Assembly: GCA_027491415.1 (NCBI GenBank)
Contig: JAOZFH010000026.1
Span: 62,046 to 126,045, forward strand
Length of the DNA stretch: 64,000 nt
Direction of reading: 5' to 3'
From: Thermoproteota archaeon
GTDB taxonomy: Archaea > Korarchaeota > Korarchaeia > Korarchaeales > Korarchaeaceae
Shown: positions 1 through 9,900 of the stretch, in pieces
Position numbering within the stretch: position 1 is the first letter of the stretch
Layout of the letters: each line of letters begins with the position of its first letter
The notes under the pieces: generated by a model
Database searches by the model: none
Seen by the model: the letters and a program-made list of their open reading frames with translations, nothing else
Told to the model about the DNA's origin: nothing
Position numbers and translations under genes: made by a program

Positions 1-263
1 CCTACCTCAGGTTCCAGAACTACAGGACCGGGGACTTCTCGGCGGTGATAAGGGATGGGGTCTTCCTCGTCGAGGGCGGCGAGATAAAGGGGGAGGTCAG
101 GGGACTCAGGCTCAGCGAGAACGTCCTCCACCTGCTGTCCAACGTGTACGCTGTCGGCAGGGAGACCAGACAGATGACCCACTGGTGGGCGGAGTTCGGG
201 CCGCCCGTCGTGACGCCGGTGATCGCGGTCAGGGACGTGGCGTTCACGGCCGCTACCGCCTGA
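1..263 (+). CDS. TldD/PmbA family protein, C-terminal fragment (5' partial)
   Basis: Frame open from the window edge: YLRFQNYRTGDFSAVIRDGVFLVEGGEIKG...PVVTPVIAVRDVAFT, typical TldD/PmbA C-terminus. Confidence 0.8.
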   Translation, partial: YLRFQNYRTGDFSAVIRDGVFLVEGGEIKGEVRGLRLSENVLHLLSNVYAVGRETRQMTHWWAEFGPPVVTPVIAVRDVAFTAATA

Positions 264-1644
264 GCCTCAGGGGCTGCGTTAGCCTAGCGTACCTCCATAG
301 GGCGGCCAGCGCGGAGGCCGCTCTCTCGGGGGATGGAAACACAGGCACGCCCTCCGCCTCCAGCCTGGAGTTCTCCCTGGCCACCTCCGGCGTGACATCC
401 AGCGACACGACGACTATGGGCTTGCCGTAGTCCCTCAGCACTTGGAGGATGTAGTCGGTCGTCCTCCTCGGCTCCATGAGCGGCACCGAGTAGAGCGCCA
501 TCACTATCAGCGCGTCGATCACGTCAGATCTGGCCATCTCCACCATACCGGCGAGGTACTGCTCGGGCGTCGAGCTTCCGGTCAGGTCTAGGGGGTTTCC
601 CACGGGGTAGAATGGCGGGAGCCTCTCCCTGAGCCTCTCTGCGGTGGCCTTGTCCAGTTCAGGGACCTCCATTCCGCGCTCCTCCAGCGCGTCGACGGCT
701 ATGACCCCGTATCCTCCCCCGTTCGTGATTATTCCGACCCTTGGCCCCCTGGGCGTGGGCAGCCTGGCCAGGGCCCGCGAGGCGTCCAAGAACTCCTCCG
801 TCGAGTAAGTCCTGACGACGCCGCACTGCTTGAAAGCCGCCTCGTACGCCGCGTCGGATCCGGCCAGGGATCCCGTGTGACTCCTGACCGCACTCGCCCC
901 CCTCTGGCTCCTGCCCGCCTTGAACACCACCACGGGCTTCGAGGGGGTCACCTCCCGCGCCGCCTCCATGAACCCCCTCCCGTCCCTGAGGCCCTCAACG
1001 TAGATCGCTATCACCCTAGTCTCCGGATCCTCGGCGAAGTAGCGGAGCAGGTCGGCCTCGTCCACGTCGGCCCTGTTGCCGTAGCTCACGAAGGCGCTTA
1101 TCCCCCTCCCCTCCATGGCCAGCCACGTCAGGATTGCGCCGCCGAAGCTCCCGCTCTGGGTGAGTATCGCAACGTCCCCTGGGCCTGGCCTCGGAAGCCT
1201 GTCGGAAGGGGTGAAGAGGGTGTCGAGCCCGACGCTGGGCCTGTATATCCCCATGCAGTTCGGGCCGATCAGCCTGACCCCGCTCCTCCTGGCCGCCTCC
1301 CTCAGCTCGCGCTCTAGCTCCTCGTTCCCGACCTCCGAGAATCCCCCCGAGATCACTATGGCGGCTTTGACCCCCCTCCTCCCGCAGTCTTCCACGACCC
1401 TCGGGGTAACCGGGGCCGGCACCACGACCACTGCCAGGTCGACGGGCTCGGGCAGGTCGGCGACGCTGGGATAGCACCTGACGCCGAGTATCTCCTCCGC
1501 CTTGGGGTTGACCGGGTAGACCCGGCCCCTGAAGCCCTCGAGCAGCTGCCTCAGGACCACGTGACCGAGCTTCTCAGGACTCCGAGACGCCCCGACCACC
1601 GCTATCGACTCCGGCTCGAAGAAGGCGGCGAGCTCCCTGGCCAT
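253..1644 (-). CDS. ADP-forming acyl-CoA synthetase (acetate-CoA ligase) alpha subunit
   Basis: FFEPESIAVVGAS CoA-binding start, IGPNCMG, SHTGSLAG phospho-His motif, NPLDLTG; start reassigned to ATG at 1644. Confidence 0.92.
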   Translation of the reverse strand: MARELAAFFEPESIAVVGASRSPEKLGHVVLRQLLEGFRGRVYPVNPKAEEILGVRCYPSVADLPEPVDLAVVVVPAPVTPRVVEDCGRRGVKAAIVISGGFSEVGNEELERELREAARRSGVRLIGPNCMGIYRPSVGLDTLFTPSDRLPRPGPGDVAILTQSGSFGGAILTWLAMEGRGISAFVSYGNRADVDEADLLRYFAEDPETRVIAIYVEGLRDGRGFMEAAREVTPSKPVVVFKAGRSQRGASAVRSHTGSLAGSDAAYEAAFKQCGVVRTYSTEEFLDASRALARLPTPRGPRVGIITNGGGYGVIAVDALEERGMEVPELDKATAERLRERLPPFYPVGNPLDLTGSSTPEQYLAGMVEMARSDVIDALIVMALYSVPLMEPRRTTDYILQVLRDYGKPIVVVSLDVTPEVARENSRLEAEGVPVFPSPERAASALAALWRYARLTQPLRLRR

Positions 1645-1708
1645 CCACCGCACCGAGCTGACGGACCACTCCCTCACCTTAAAAGGCAGGTCAGGGGAGT
1701 CATGCCGA

Positions 1709-2893
1709 ATGGCCGAAGAGGCCCGCTTCATGGACATAGTTGAGGCCTTCTTGAGCGCGAGGGGCGACATCGAGAGGGCCCTGGGGGTCGGCCCCAGGTT
1801 CGAAGAGCTATCCGCCGCGTGGCTTCCCGTAAGGACGGATCTGAGCCCGAGGGACGCTCTGGAGAGGATGGGCTCCATAGCGGGGATAGACGGCGGAAGC
1901 CACCTCGTGGAGGTGAACCTGGGCCAGAGCCTCTTCGCCGTGAGTTCCACCTCCGTCGCCTTCAGGGCCGGGGAGAGGCCCGAGCCGCGTCGAGTGTTCC
2001 AAGTCGGTGTGATTGACTTCTTCAAGGCGGAGGATAGGGTTCGGATATACAGGGAGGCCCTGGAGGCGAAGATGGCTGCGGTGCTCGCGATCGGGCGTGA
2101 AGTGGACTACGTCCTGCTTGATGGGTCCTTGGAGGCCAACCTCGCCGCGGAGCCGGTGTTCAGAGGGGCCCGCCCCGGGAGATATGCGGGCCTCAGCGAG
2201 GAGGAGAGGGAACTCATCGTCTCGGCTTTCCTTAGGGTCGTGAGGAACCTCCCGCTGGCGTCCGCCCTCACCGTGATCACGGCCACGGCGGCGACGCAGG
2301 CAACTCTCGAGGAGGCGGCGAGAGACATAGTGGGGGGTGACGGGGAGGGCGAGGGGAGAAAGCCCCTGCTGGCGGTCTCCGCCATGGAGCGGCTGGAGCA
2401 AGGGGTCTCGCTGCTCGCCCTAGTGGCGGCGGCCGAGAGGGCGGGCGTGAGGGTCGTGGCGGTGGCGAAGAGGTCCTCGGCGAGGTCGCACTTCAGGTCC
2501 ACGAAGCCCGACCTGGCCATAGTCCAGAGGTACACGAGGGGGCCGGGAAGAACCCCCTGTCGAGTGAGGGAAGTGGAGGTCGGCAGGCACATCCTCAGGG
2601 CGGCCAGGGCCATCGTCGGCCCTGGGGTGGGCGCCACCATCCGGCTGACCACCCTCTACGCCAGGCTGGCCCGGTCGGCGGCGCCGGTGAAGTTGGAGAT
2701 ACTTGGGGACCTTGAGGAAGACGAGGTAGACGAGCTTGTCGGGAATCTGGCCGGCATAGCCGTTCTAGGATACCCCTACCCCCTCAGGCGGGCCCACGAG
2801 CTGGCGAAGATAACGAGGTCAGACATGGAGGCGGGCCTCAGGTCGATCGGCTTCGTGCCGGAGTTCACCGGAAGGGAGGCGCTGGGAGATTGA
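1709..2893 (+). CDS. nurA: NurA 5'-3' nuclease
   Basis: GIDGG, LLDGSL, VAKRS and GYPYPLRRAHE motifs; operon context. Confidence 0.88.
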   Translation: MAEEARFMDIVEAFLSARGDIERALGVGPRFEELSAAWLPVRTDLSPRDALERMGSIAGIDGGSHLVEVNLGQSLFAVSSTSVAFRAGERPEPRRVFQVGVIDFFKAEDRVRIYREALEAKMAAVLAIGREVDYVLLDGSLEANLAAEPVFRGARPGRYAGLSEEERELIVSAFLRVVRNLPLASALTVITATAATQATLEEAARDIVGGDGEGEGRKPLLAVSAMERLEQGVSLLALVAAAERAGVRVVAVAKRSSARSHFRSTKPDLAIVQRYTRGPGRTPCRVREVEVGRHILRAARAIVGPGVGATIRLTTLYARLARSAAPVKLEILGDLEEDEVDELVGNLAGIAVLGYPYPLRRAHELAKITRSDMEAGLRSIGFVPEFTGREALGD

Positions 2894-4557
2894 GTCTGAG
2901 GGAGGTCGACAGGCTGGGTACGGTCGTGGAGGTGACCACCCCCTCCCAGGTGGAGTTCGTCGCAGAGGAGGGTGTCGTGCCGGAGATCGGAGATTACGTG
3001 GCCGTGGTGCACGGGGACGGCTCGTGGATCCTGGGGATGATAACCCACGTGGAGCGTGGGAGCAGGGAGCTCTCCGGGAAGAGCCTGCTGTCCGCCTCCG
3101 AGGCCGACAGGATCATAGAGCTCGTTGGAGAGCCCTCCCACTGGTCCAGGGCGAGGGTCAAGCTCTTAGGGCGAGTTGTGGAGCGCGGAGACGGGAACGT
3201 CGGCCTGGTCCTCCCCAGGACGCCTCCACCCAGCGGCGCCGGGGTTTACAGGGCCCCGGCCCAGGCCCTCAGGAGGGTCTTCGCGCCTCGGGGGCCCGGG
3301 GTGGACGTCGGGCACCTCCTCACCCGCGAGGACGTGAGGGTCCTGCTCGACCCGAACGAGATGATCTCTCGACACCTCGCCGTGCTGGCGGTGACCGGTG
3401 CGGGGAAGTCGAACGCCGTGGCCGTGATCGTGGAGAAGGTTCTGGAGCTCAACGGGGTCGTCCTCCTCTTCGACCCGCACTCCGAATACAGCGGCATGAC
3501 GCTTAGCCCCGGCGCCTCGGGGAGCGTGATCACCGTCGATCCGAAGATCAACGTCAACTCGTTGAGCCTCTCGGAGTTCTCCTACCTCCTCGGCATAAAC
3601 TTCGAGAAGGCGGCGAGACAGTACATCTACCTGAGGAGGCTCTGGAGGGCCTCATGGTCTCTCCGAGGAAAGGACCTGCTCGATTCCGTGGTCAGAGAGG
3701 CGGGTGTGGACGATCCAGAGCCGGGGAACATACTGGATGGGATGATAGCGATCGCCGAGGTCGTGAAGGACGCCGTAGAGGCTGGCGAGGCCTCGGGCGC
3801 CATTCCGCTGGGGCCCGGGGTGAGCTTCGCTGTGGACAGGGACGCCAAGAACAGCCTCTACGGCCTGCTGTCGAGGCTCACCCACCTGAAGGAGACCAAG
3901 AGGGCGCTCCTCTCTGCCGCCGCCCCCGAGATCGTGTCGCTGCTGGACAACGGTCGAGCCGTGGTGGTTGACATGGGACCCCTCGGGGAGGACGCCGCCG
4001 ACGTGCTGGTTGGGCACACGCTCACAACGCTGCTCTCCAGGGCCAAGCAGGTGATCGCCGCCCGACGGGTCGGGGGGAGACCGCCCGAAGACGCGCCCCC
4101 CCTCCCGGTCATGGTGGTCCTGGAGGAGGCGCACATACTCATCCCTGGAGACAGGGACACCTACACGAGGCACGCCGCCTCGCGCGTGGCGAGGGAGGGC
4201 AGGAAGTTCGGCGTAGGGCTCACGCTGGTGAGCCAAAGGCCAAAGAGGCTCGACCCCGACGTGCTCTCCCAGATGATCAACAAGATAATCCTAAAGGTCG
4301 TCGAGCCTGAGGACCAGGCCTACGTCCGCAGGGCCACGGAATTCCTGAGCGAGGACCTGGTCGGATACCTCCCGTCCCTGAACGTGGGTGAGGCGGTCAT
4401 AGTCGGCCCCATGGTGAGGCTCCCCGCGATCGTCAAGGTCGACCTGTTCGGCGGGGTCAGAGGGGGGGAGAGCCTCAGGGCCATCGAGGAGTGGGCCAGG
4501 GCCGGAGGTCGAGGTCCCGGCAGCGTCCCCGGCGGATACGCCGACCTGGTGAGGTGA
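2890..4557 (+). CDS. herA: HerA bipolar DNA helicase/ATPase
   Basis: HAS-barrel N-terminus, Walker A AVTGAGKSN, DPHSEY, EEAH, REGRKFG, SQRP. Confidence 0.93.
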   Translation: MSLREVDRLGTVVEVTTPSQVEFVAEEGVVPEIGDYVAVVHGDGSWILGMITHVERGSRELSGKSLLSASEADRIIELVGEPSHWSRARVKLLGRVVERGDGNVGLVLPRTPPPSGAGVYRAPAQALRRVFAPRGPGVDVGHLLTREDVRVLLDPNEMISRHLAVLAVTGAGKSNAVAVIVEKVLELNGVVLLFDPHSEYSGMTLSPGASGSVITVDPKINVNSLSLSEFSYLLGINFEKAARQYIYLRRLWRASWSLRGKDLLDSVVREAGVDDPEPGNILDGMIAIAEVVKDAVEAGEASGAIPLGPGVSFAVDRDAKNSLYGLLSRLTHLKETKRALLSAAAPEIVSLLDNGRAVVVDMGPLGEDAADVLVGHTLTTLLSRAKQVIAARRVGGRPPEDAPPLPVMVVLEEAHILIPGDRDTYTRHAASRVAREGRKFGVGLTLVSQRPKRLDPDVLSQMINKIILKVVEPEDQAYVRRATEFLSEDLVGYLPSLNVGEAVIVGPMVRLPAIVKVDLFGGVRGGESLRAIEEWARAGGRGPGSVPGGYADLVR

Positions 4558-4563
4558 GCCCCC

Positions 4564-5754
4564 TTGGTGAGGTTCGTTCACCTGGCCGACGCCCACCTGG
4601 GAAGGAGGCAGTACGGTCTGGAGGAGAGGGAGAGGGACTTCCTTGAGGCGTTCAACGAGGCCGTGGATCGGATTATCGAGGCCAAGCCTGAGTTCGTCGT
4701 GTTCTCGGGCGACCTGTTCGACTCCTATAGGCCCTCCCCGACCACGCTGGTGAGCGCATTCGTGGGGCTGAAGAGGATCGTGGACTCCGGCGCGAGGGTC
4801 TTCGCGGTCGCAGGGAACCACGACCTGGGTCCGGTGCCAGGGGGCGGCAGGTCCTCCCCCCTCCCCCTGTTTGAGAAGGCGCTGGAGGGTGGGCTGGTGA
4901 ACCTGAGCTACTCGCGCCCCGTTGAGCGGCTCGACGGCGTTTTCGTCGCCGGCCTCCCGTACACCCCACGGCAGGAGGTGGAGGCGCTCAAGTCGGCCCT
5001 GGACGCCATCTCCAAGCGGGTCCAGATGGGCCCGGCCCAGGTGGTGCTGATCCTCCACCAGGCCGTCAAGCCGATCGTTCCGCCTCAGAAGGCGGAGATC
5101 GACAGGACGGTACTAGACAGGCTGGCCTTCGGCTACTACGCCATGGGCCACGTCCACGACAGGAACTTTCCAAGAAGGACGTCGCAGAGGAGGCCGATAG
5201 CCTACTCCGGATCACTGGAGGTGGTGGAGGAGCGGGAGGCCGACAAGCTCGAGGTCTACGGTAAGGGATTCTACGTCGTCGATCTCGACGGCGAGGAGGC
5301 GAACATTTCTCCGGTGAACCTCAGCTCGATAAGGCCGTTTCTCGTGTTCAGGGAGAGGGTCGACAGCGCGAGGGGGCTCGAGGAGCTGGCCTCCAAGATC
5401 GAGGCGAGGGTCGCGGGTGGGACTTGGGCCAAGCCCCCGGTGGTCAGGGTGTCCCTGTCCTCCGCCAGGTTGGACCCCAGAGACGTGAAGGACCTCCAAG
5501 ACGCCCTCAGAGACTCCCTCGGCCAGAGAGTCCTTAAGGTGTTCGTGAGGCTCAGGCGCCTAGACGAGAAGCTCGGGGAGGCTGAAGTCTCGATAGAGCC
5601 CAAGATCGACGTCGAGAAGGTCTTTGAGGAGATAATACCTGCCGAGAACGTGAGGAGGCTCGCCATAGAGATCTACAGGCTGTATCTGGAGGGTAAGGGG
5701 AGCAAGGAGCTCATCAGAGAACTCGAGAGGATCTACGAGGGGTGGGCGCCTTGA
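4564..5754 (+). CDS. mre11: Mre11 nuclease
   Basis: DAHLG, SGDLFD, GNHD, GHVH, YSGS phosphoesterase motifs. Confidence 0.93.
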   Translation: MVRFVHLADAHLGRRQYGLEERERDFLEAFNEAVDRIIEAKPEFVVFSGDLFDSYRPSPTTLVSAFVGLKRIVDSGARVFAVAGNHDLGPVPGGGRSSPLPLFEKALEGGLVNLSYSRPVERLDGVFVAGLPYTPRQEVEALKSALDAISKRVQMGPAQVVLILHQAVKPIVPPQKAEIDRTVLDRLAFGYYAMGHVHDRNFPRRTSQRRPIAYSGSLEVVEEREADKLEVYGKGFYVVDLDGEEANISPVNLSSIRPFLVFRERVDSARGLEELASKIEARVAGGTWAKPPVVRVSLSSARLDPRDVKDLQDALRDSLGQRVLKVFVRLRRLDEKLGEAEVSIEPKIDVEKVFEEIIPAENVRRLAIEIYRLYLEGKGSKELIRELERIYEGWAP

Positions 5755-8435
5755 GGATTAGGCGAGTCAGGCTCAGGAACTTCAGGTCTCACGCTGAGAC
5801 CGAGGTGGGGTTCGACTTCGGGGTCAATGCAATAATCGGTCAGAACGGCGCCGGGAAGACTTCCCTACTGGAGGGGATCGCCTACGCGCTGTTTCCGGAG
5901 CTTTTCAGGGGCGTCACCTCTGATCTCACTCGAAGGGGCTCCGGCTCCATGGAGGTCGAGCTCGAGTTCGAGCAGGGCGGCAGGAGGTACCTGGTCTGGC
6001 GAAAGAGGGACCGCTCGGGCCCACAGGCGCGTCTGATGGTTAGGCGGGACTCTGGGTGGAGTCTGCTGCAGACCTCGCAGAGGGACGTCAGTGCTGAGCT
6101 GGCCAGGATACTTGGGACCAATCCAGAGGCCTTCGTCACGGCGATGTACGTTAGGCAGGGGGAGATCTTCGGCTTCCTGGAAAAGAGGGCCTCCGAGCGG
6201 ACAAAAACGATAAACCGCCTGCTGGGAGGGGAACTCTTCGACAGGATGGAGAGGGACCTCGGGGAGGCGCTGGGCAGGTTCAGGTCGAGACTCGAGCGGC
6301 TGGAGGGCGAGATCTCCACGCTGGAGAGGCAGCTGAAGGCGACGGACCAGTTTAGGGACGACCTCTCAAGCGTGGATGCGGAGCTTGAGAGGATCGAAAG
6401 CCAGCTGGGCAGCCTAGAGACGAGGCTCAAGTCGGTCGAGCGTGAGGAGGAGAAGCTGCGGGAGCTGAGGGATGCCTACCTGAAGCTCGCGCAGGCCAGG
6501 GAGCAAGCTGAACGCGACCTGAGGGATTGTAGGAGGAGGATCTCCCAGATCGGCTCGCAGCTTGAAAGTCTAAATCAGGAGCTAGTTCGGCTTGACGAAT
6601 TAAAGTCGCTCGCCGAGTTCGAGCCGCTTCTGACGGAACTCGACTCGCTGATCAGATCGGAAAACGCCTTGAGGGCCGAGCTCTCCAGCCTAGAGCGCGA
6701 GCAGAGGTCTCTGGATGAGGCGAGGAGGAACGTGGAGCGCCTGGGGTCCCTGCGTGAGGAGTATGAGAGGATCTCGCTTGAGCTTGAGGGCGTCTCAAAG
6801 AGCCTGGCGATGGTGGAGGAAAAGGCTCAAAGAGCCGAGCGGCTCTGGGCCCAGTTGAGAGAGGCTAGGGAGCGCCTGCAGAGGGTTGAGGGTAGGCTGC
6901 GAGGGCTGCTGAACAGGCTGCCTCCCTACCTGGGGTTGGGAGACCTCGACTCGCTTTGTCGCGAGAGTGGGAGGCTCCTATCCGAGGCAAGACGCGTGGG
7001 AAGGGCTCTCACCGAACTGGAGAAGAGGATCGAGTACGCCAAGGGGTGGATGAAGTTCCCGCAGGAACTCCTAAGCGCGCTTGACAGCACCCCAGATGAG
7101 TGTCCCCTCTGCGGATCTCGGCTGGACGCGGGGGGCGTCAGCAGGGTAAGGGGTAGGCTTAGGGCCGAACTCGACAGGGGTAAAGCTGAGTTAGGCAGCG
7201 CGGAGGCCGAGCTGTCTCGCATCTCGGAACTGAGAGAGGCCCTGGAGGAGTTTGAGAGACTCGCGGAGGAGGCAGACCTTCAAAGTGCGATAGCTGAGAG
7301 AGCGGCCCTGGTTGAGAAGGTAGAGGAGTTCGAGGGGGAGCTGCGTGCGCTCGAGGCCGACCTTCGTAAGAGGGATGAAATGGCCGCGCGTCGAGCAGAA
7401 CTCCAAGCGAGGTTGTCAGAGCTTCAGAACAGGCTCGTTGAGCTGGGAGCGGCCGAGTCTCTGGTTAAGAGACTCAGTCCCAGGGAGGAAGACCTACTTG
7501 CGAGGATCGAGACCCTCAAGCACGAGATTAACGAGATCAGGGGGAGAAGGGACGAACTCCTCGCGAAGCTGGGGGCGGCGGTCCGAGACATTGACTCGGC
7601 GTTGAGGCAGGCGAAGGAGGCGAGAAGGAAGCTCAAGGAACTTGAGGAGCTCATTGAGAGGAGGGGGAAGCTAAGCGCCCTGCTGAGCGAAGAGAAGAGG
7701 AGGGAGGATGAGATCGAGAGGAGGCTGAGCGAGATAAGCGTCAGCATAGAAGCCCTTGGCTTCGACGAGGACCGCTACTCTGAGATCTTGGAAGAGCTCA
7801 CGCGCCTGAGGGAGGAGGTCCAAGAGCTCGTGGCCAAGAGGGAGAACCTGAAGGGGAGGAGGGAAGAGCTCATGAGACAGCTCGAGGAGGTTAAACGCCT
7901 GAAGAGCGCGCTCGGTGAGGCGAAGAAGGAAAGGGACAAGCTGGCGAGTTTTGCGAGAGCGCTAGAAGAGGTCAGGCGGTCCTTCGGGAGGGAGGGCATA
8001 CAGAGGGCCCTCAGGGAGGCGGCGAGGCCCGTGCTGGAGCACTACGCCAACGAGATACTCTCCAAGTTCGGCGTCGACTTTGACCGCTTGGAGCTGTCGG
8101 AGGACTACGAGGTCTCCCTAATCAGAGGGGGTGATAGGTTTTCCTTCCGCCAGCTCAGCGGTGGAGAACAGGTCGCTCTCGCCCTCTCCCTCAGGCTGGG
8201 GCTGGCTAAGGCCATGGCCGGGACCTCGCTGGAGTCCATCTTGCTCGACGAGCCGACGGTTCACCTCGACTCAGAGAGGAGGAGGGAGCTCGTGTCAGCC
8301 ATTGGAGAGCTGGACCTGCCCCAGGTGATCGTTGTCACCCACTCTGGAGAATTTGAGGAGGTCGCCAGCTCACTCTACACGATCGAGAAAAGGGGCGGAA
8401 CTTCGGTGGTGATGCCCTCGGTGAGCATGGGCTAG
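5751..8435 (+). CDS. rad50: Rad50 ATPase
   Basis: GQNGAGKT Walker A, long coiled coil with CPLCG zinc hook, LSGGE, LLDEPT; TTG start overlaps the mre11 stop. Confidence 0.95.
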   Translation: MRIRRVRLRNFRSHAETEVGFDFGVNAIIGQNGAGKTSLLEGIAYALFPELFRGVTSDLTRRGSGSMEVELEFEQGGRRYLVWRKRDRSGPQARLMVRRDSGWSLLQTSQRDVSAELARILGTNPEAFVTAMYVRQGEIFGFLEKRASERTKTINRLLGGELFDRMERDLGEALGRFRSRLERLEGEISTLERQLKATDQFRDDLSSVDAELERIESQLGSLETRLKSVEREEEKLRELRDAYLKLAQAREQAERDLRDCRRRISQIGSQLESLNQELVRLDELKSLAEFEPLLTELDSLIRSENALRAELSSLEREQRSLDEARRNVERLGSLREEYERISLELEGVSKSLAMVEEKAQRAERLWAQLREARERLQRVEGRLRGLLNRLPPYLGLGDLDSLCRESGRLLSEARRVGRALTELEKRIEYAKGWMKFPQELLSALDSTPDECPLCGSRLDAGGVSRVRGRLRAELDRGKAELGSAEAELSRISELREALEEFERLAEEADLQSAIAERAALVEKVEEFEGELRALEADLRKRDEMAARRAELQARLSELQNRLVELGAAESLVKRLSPREEDLLARIETLKHEINEIRGRRDELLAKLGAAVRDIDSALRQAKEARRKLKELEELIERRGKLSALLSEEKRREDEIERRLSEISVSIEALGFDEDRYSEILEELTRLREEVQELVAKRENLKGRREELMRQLEEVKRLKSALGEAKKERDKLASFARALEEVRRSFGREGIQRALREAARPVLEHYANEILSKFGVDFDRLELSEDYEVSLIRGGDRFSFRQLSGGEQVALALSLRLGLAKAMAGTSLESILLDEPTVHLDSERRRELVSAIGELDLPQVIVVTHSGEFEEVASSLYTIEKRGGTSVVMPSVSMG

Positions 8436-8481
8436 GAAAACAGTTAAGGTGGGGTACCCCCCATAACCGAGAGGCGGTGCG

Positions 8482-9075
8482 ATGGGCGAGAGCAGCAGGG
8501 ACCCCTTTGAGGAGTGGATTAGGGAGATCATGAGGTTCATTCGAGAGGTCCAGAAGGACATGGAGAGGCAGCTGGAGGAGCTAATGTCCCTCGATGACCT
8601 GGAAGAGCTGGAGGACAGGCTTCCGGTGTTCAGGACTCCCAGCGGTATGGAGTTCCGCGCTCCCTTCGTATACGGCTACTACATGACCATCGGACCCGAC
8701 GGAAAGCCGATAATAAGGAGATTCGGAAACGTCCCCACCCGAGAAGAGGTTAGGGAGAGCGAGATCGAGGAGATCGAGACCAGGAGAGAGGAGGAAGCTA
8801 CGAGGGAGCCCGTGCTCGATGTCATGGACTTTGGGGACGAGATCGTGGTCGTGGCAGAGATCCCGGGGGTCAGCAAGGAGGACATAGACGTGTCTGCGAC
8901 CGAGAGGAGGCTCACGATAAGGGCTAAGCCCTACAGCGCTAAGGTGGATCTGCCCGCCGAGGTGAAGCCCGAGGGGGCGAAGGCCACTTACAGCAACGGC
9001 ATATTGGAGGTGCGGCTGCCGAAGAGGGAGGGCAAGAGGACCAAGGTGAGGGAGAAGAAGGTCAAGGTGGAGTAG
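8482..9075 (+). CDS. hsp20: Small heat-shock protein Hsp20
   Basis: PFVYGYYMTIGPDGKP archaeal Hsp20 motif, EIPGV, ATYSNGILEV, terminal VKVE. Confidence 0.92.
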   Translation: MGESSRDPFEEWIREIMRFIREVQKDMERQLEELMSLDDLEELEDRLPVFRTPSGMEFRAPFVYGYYMTIGPDGKPIIRRFGNVPTREEVRESEIEEIETRREEEATREPVLDVMDFGDEIVVVAEIPGVSKEDIDVSATERRLTIRAKPYSAKVDLPAEVKPEGAKATYSNGILEVRLPKREGKRTKVREKKVKVE

Positions 9076-9080
9076 GGCCC

Positions 9081-9869
9081 TCACAGGTGATATGGGAGAC
9101 CCTCCTCGCCTTCCTTTCTCTCCTCCCACTCCCGCCTTCTCTCCAAGGCCTGCCTAGCCTTCTCCTCAAGCAGGGATCTCACGGACTCCTCCTCCTTTAT
9201 CAGCTCGTCCAGCCCAGAAAGATCGACGTTCAACCCATACAGCTTCTCTAACAGGAGGATGAGTCTCTTAGAGGCCCTGGGATCCGGTCTCTGCCCCTCA
9301 GTGGTGCTCAAGACGCAGGCGCTGGGGATGCCCCGCAGGTGACCCAGCCCAACCAGCAAACCTGCTGCGCCCGTGACGAACCCCCCCTGGAGCCTCATCA
9401 CACCAGCCGCCTCCAGCTTCTCCCAGAGCGAGTCGTCGTTGGAGGCGGCGAACACGCCCTCCACGTCGGGGCTCCCCGGCACATAGCCGCCGAAGGTCAG
9501 GAGCTCCTCGACCCCCAGCTCCTGAGCATAGTCGAGAACGAGTTCGCCAACCGAGTACTGGCCCCACGGAATGGGTTGAACGTCTGAGGTGAGGAGGAGG
9601 AAGTCCACTTCAGCGCTGGGTTGGCTGAGGTAGTAGAGGTAATAAGCGGGGGGCACCACATCCCCGTCCGAGACGCTGACCCCCGCGCTCCCGTCGGGGA
9701 GCGGGAGATAGTCGCTGAAGATCCTAGCTACGAGCCTCGGGCTGGCGTTGTCTATTAGGTACTGAACCGCAATCTTTCCAACTAGCCCCAGCCCCGGCAC
9801 CCCCTGGACGAGCACCAGTTTGCGCTCGGGCTTCACCTCAGCAACCCTGACCAGCTCTAGGTGGGGCAT
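9081..9869 (-). CDS. PAC2/proteasome assembly chaperone family protein (COG2047-like)
   Basis: GVPGLGLVGKIA, DVQP, GAAGLL, PDPRASK motifs. Confidence 0.85.
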   Translation of the reverse strand: MPHLELVRVAEVKPERKLVLVQGVPGLGLVGKIAVQYLIDNASPRLVARIFSDYLPLPDGSAGVSVSDGDVVPPAYYLYYLSQPSAEVDFLLLTSDVQPIPWGQYSVGELVLDYAQELGVEELLTFGGYVPGSPDVEGVFAASNDDSLWEKLEAAGVMRLQGGFVTGAAGLLVGLGHLRGIPSACVLSTTEGQRPDPRASKRLILLLEKLYGLNVDLSGLDELIKEEESVRSLLEEKARQALERRREWEERKEGEEGLPYHL

Positions 9870-9900
9870 CGCCCTGCCGACGCATGTGGGCTTTTAACCT

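Noticed and set aside
1645-2025. Long N-terminal extensions in the ORF track (ACD, DUF354, radA, DP2, NTPase)
   Set aside because: They overlap neighbouring real genes; family homology begins at downstream starts
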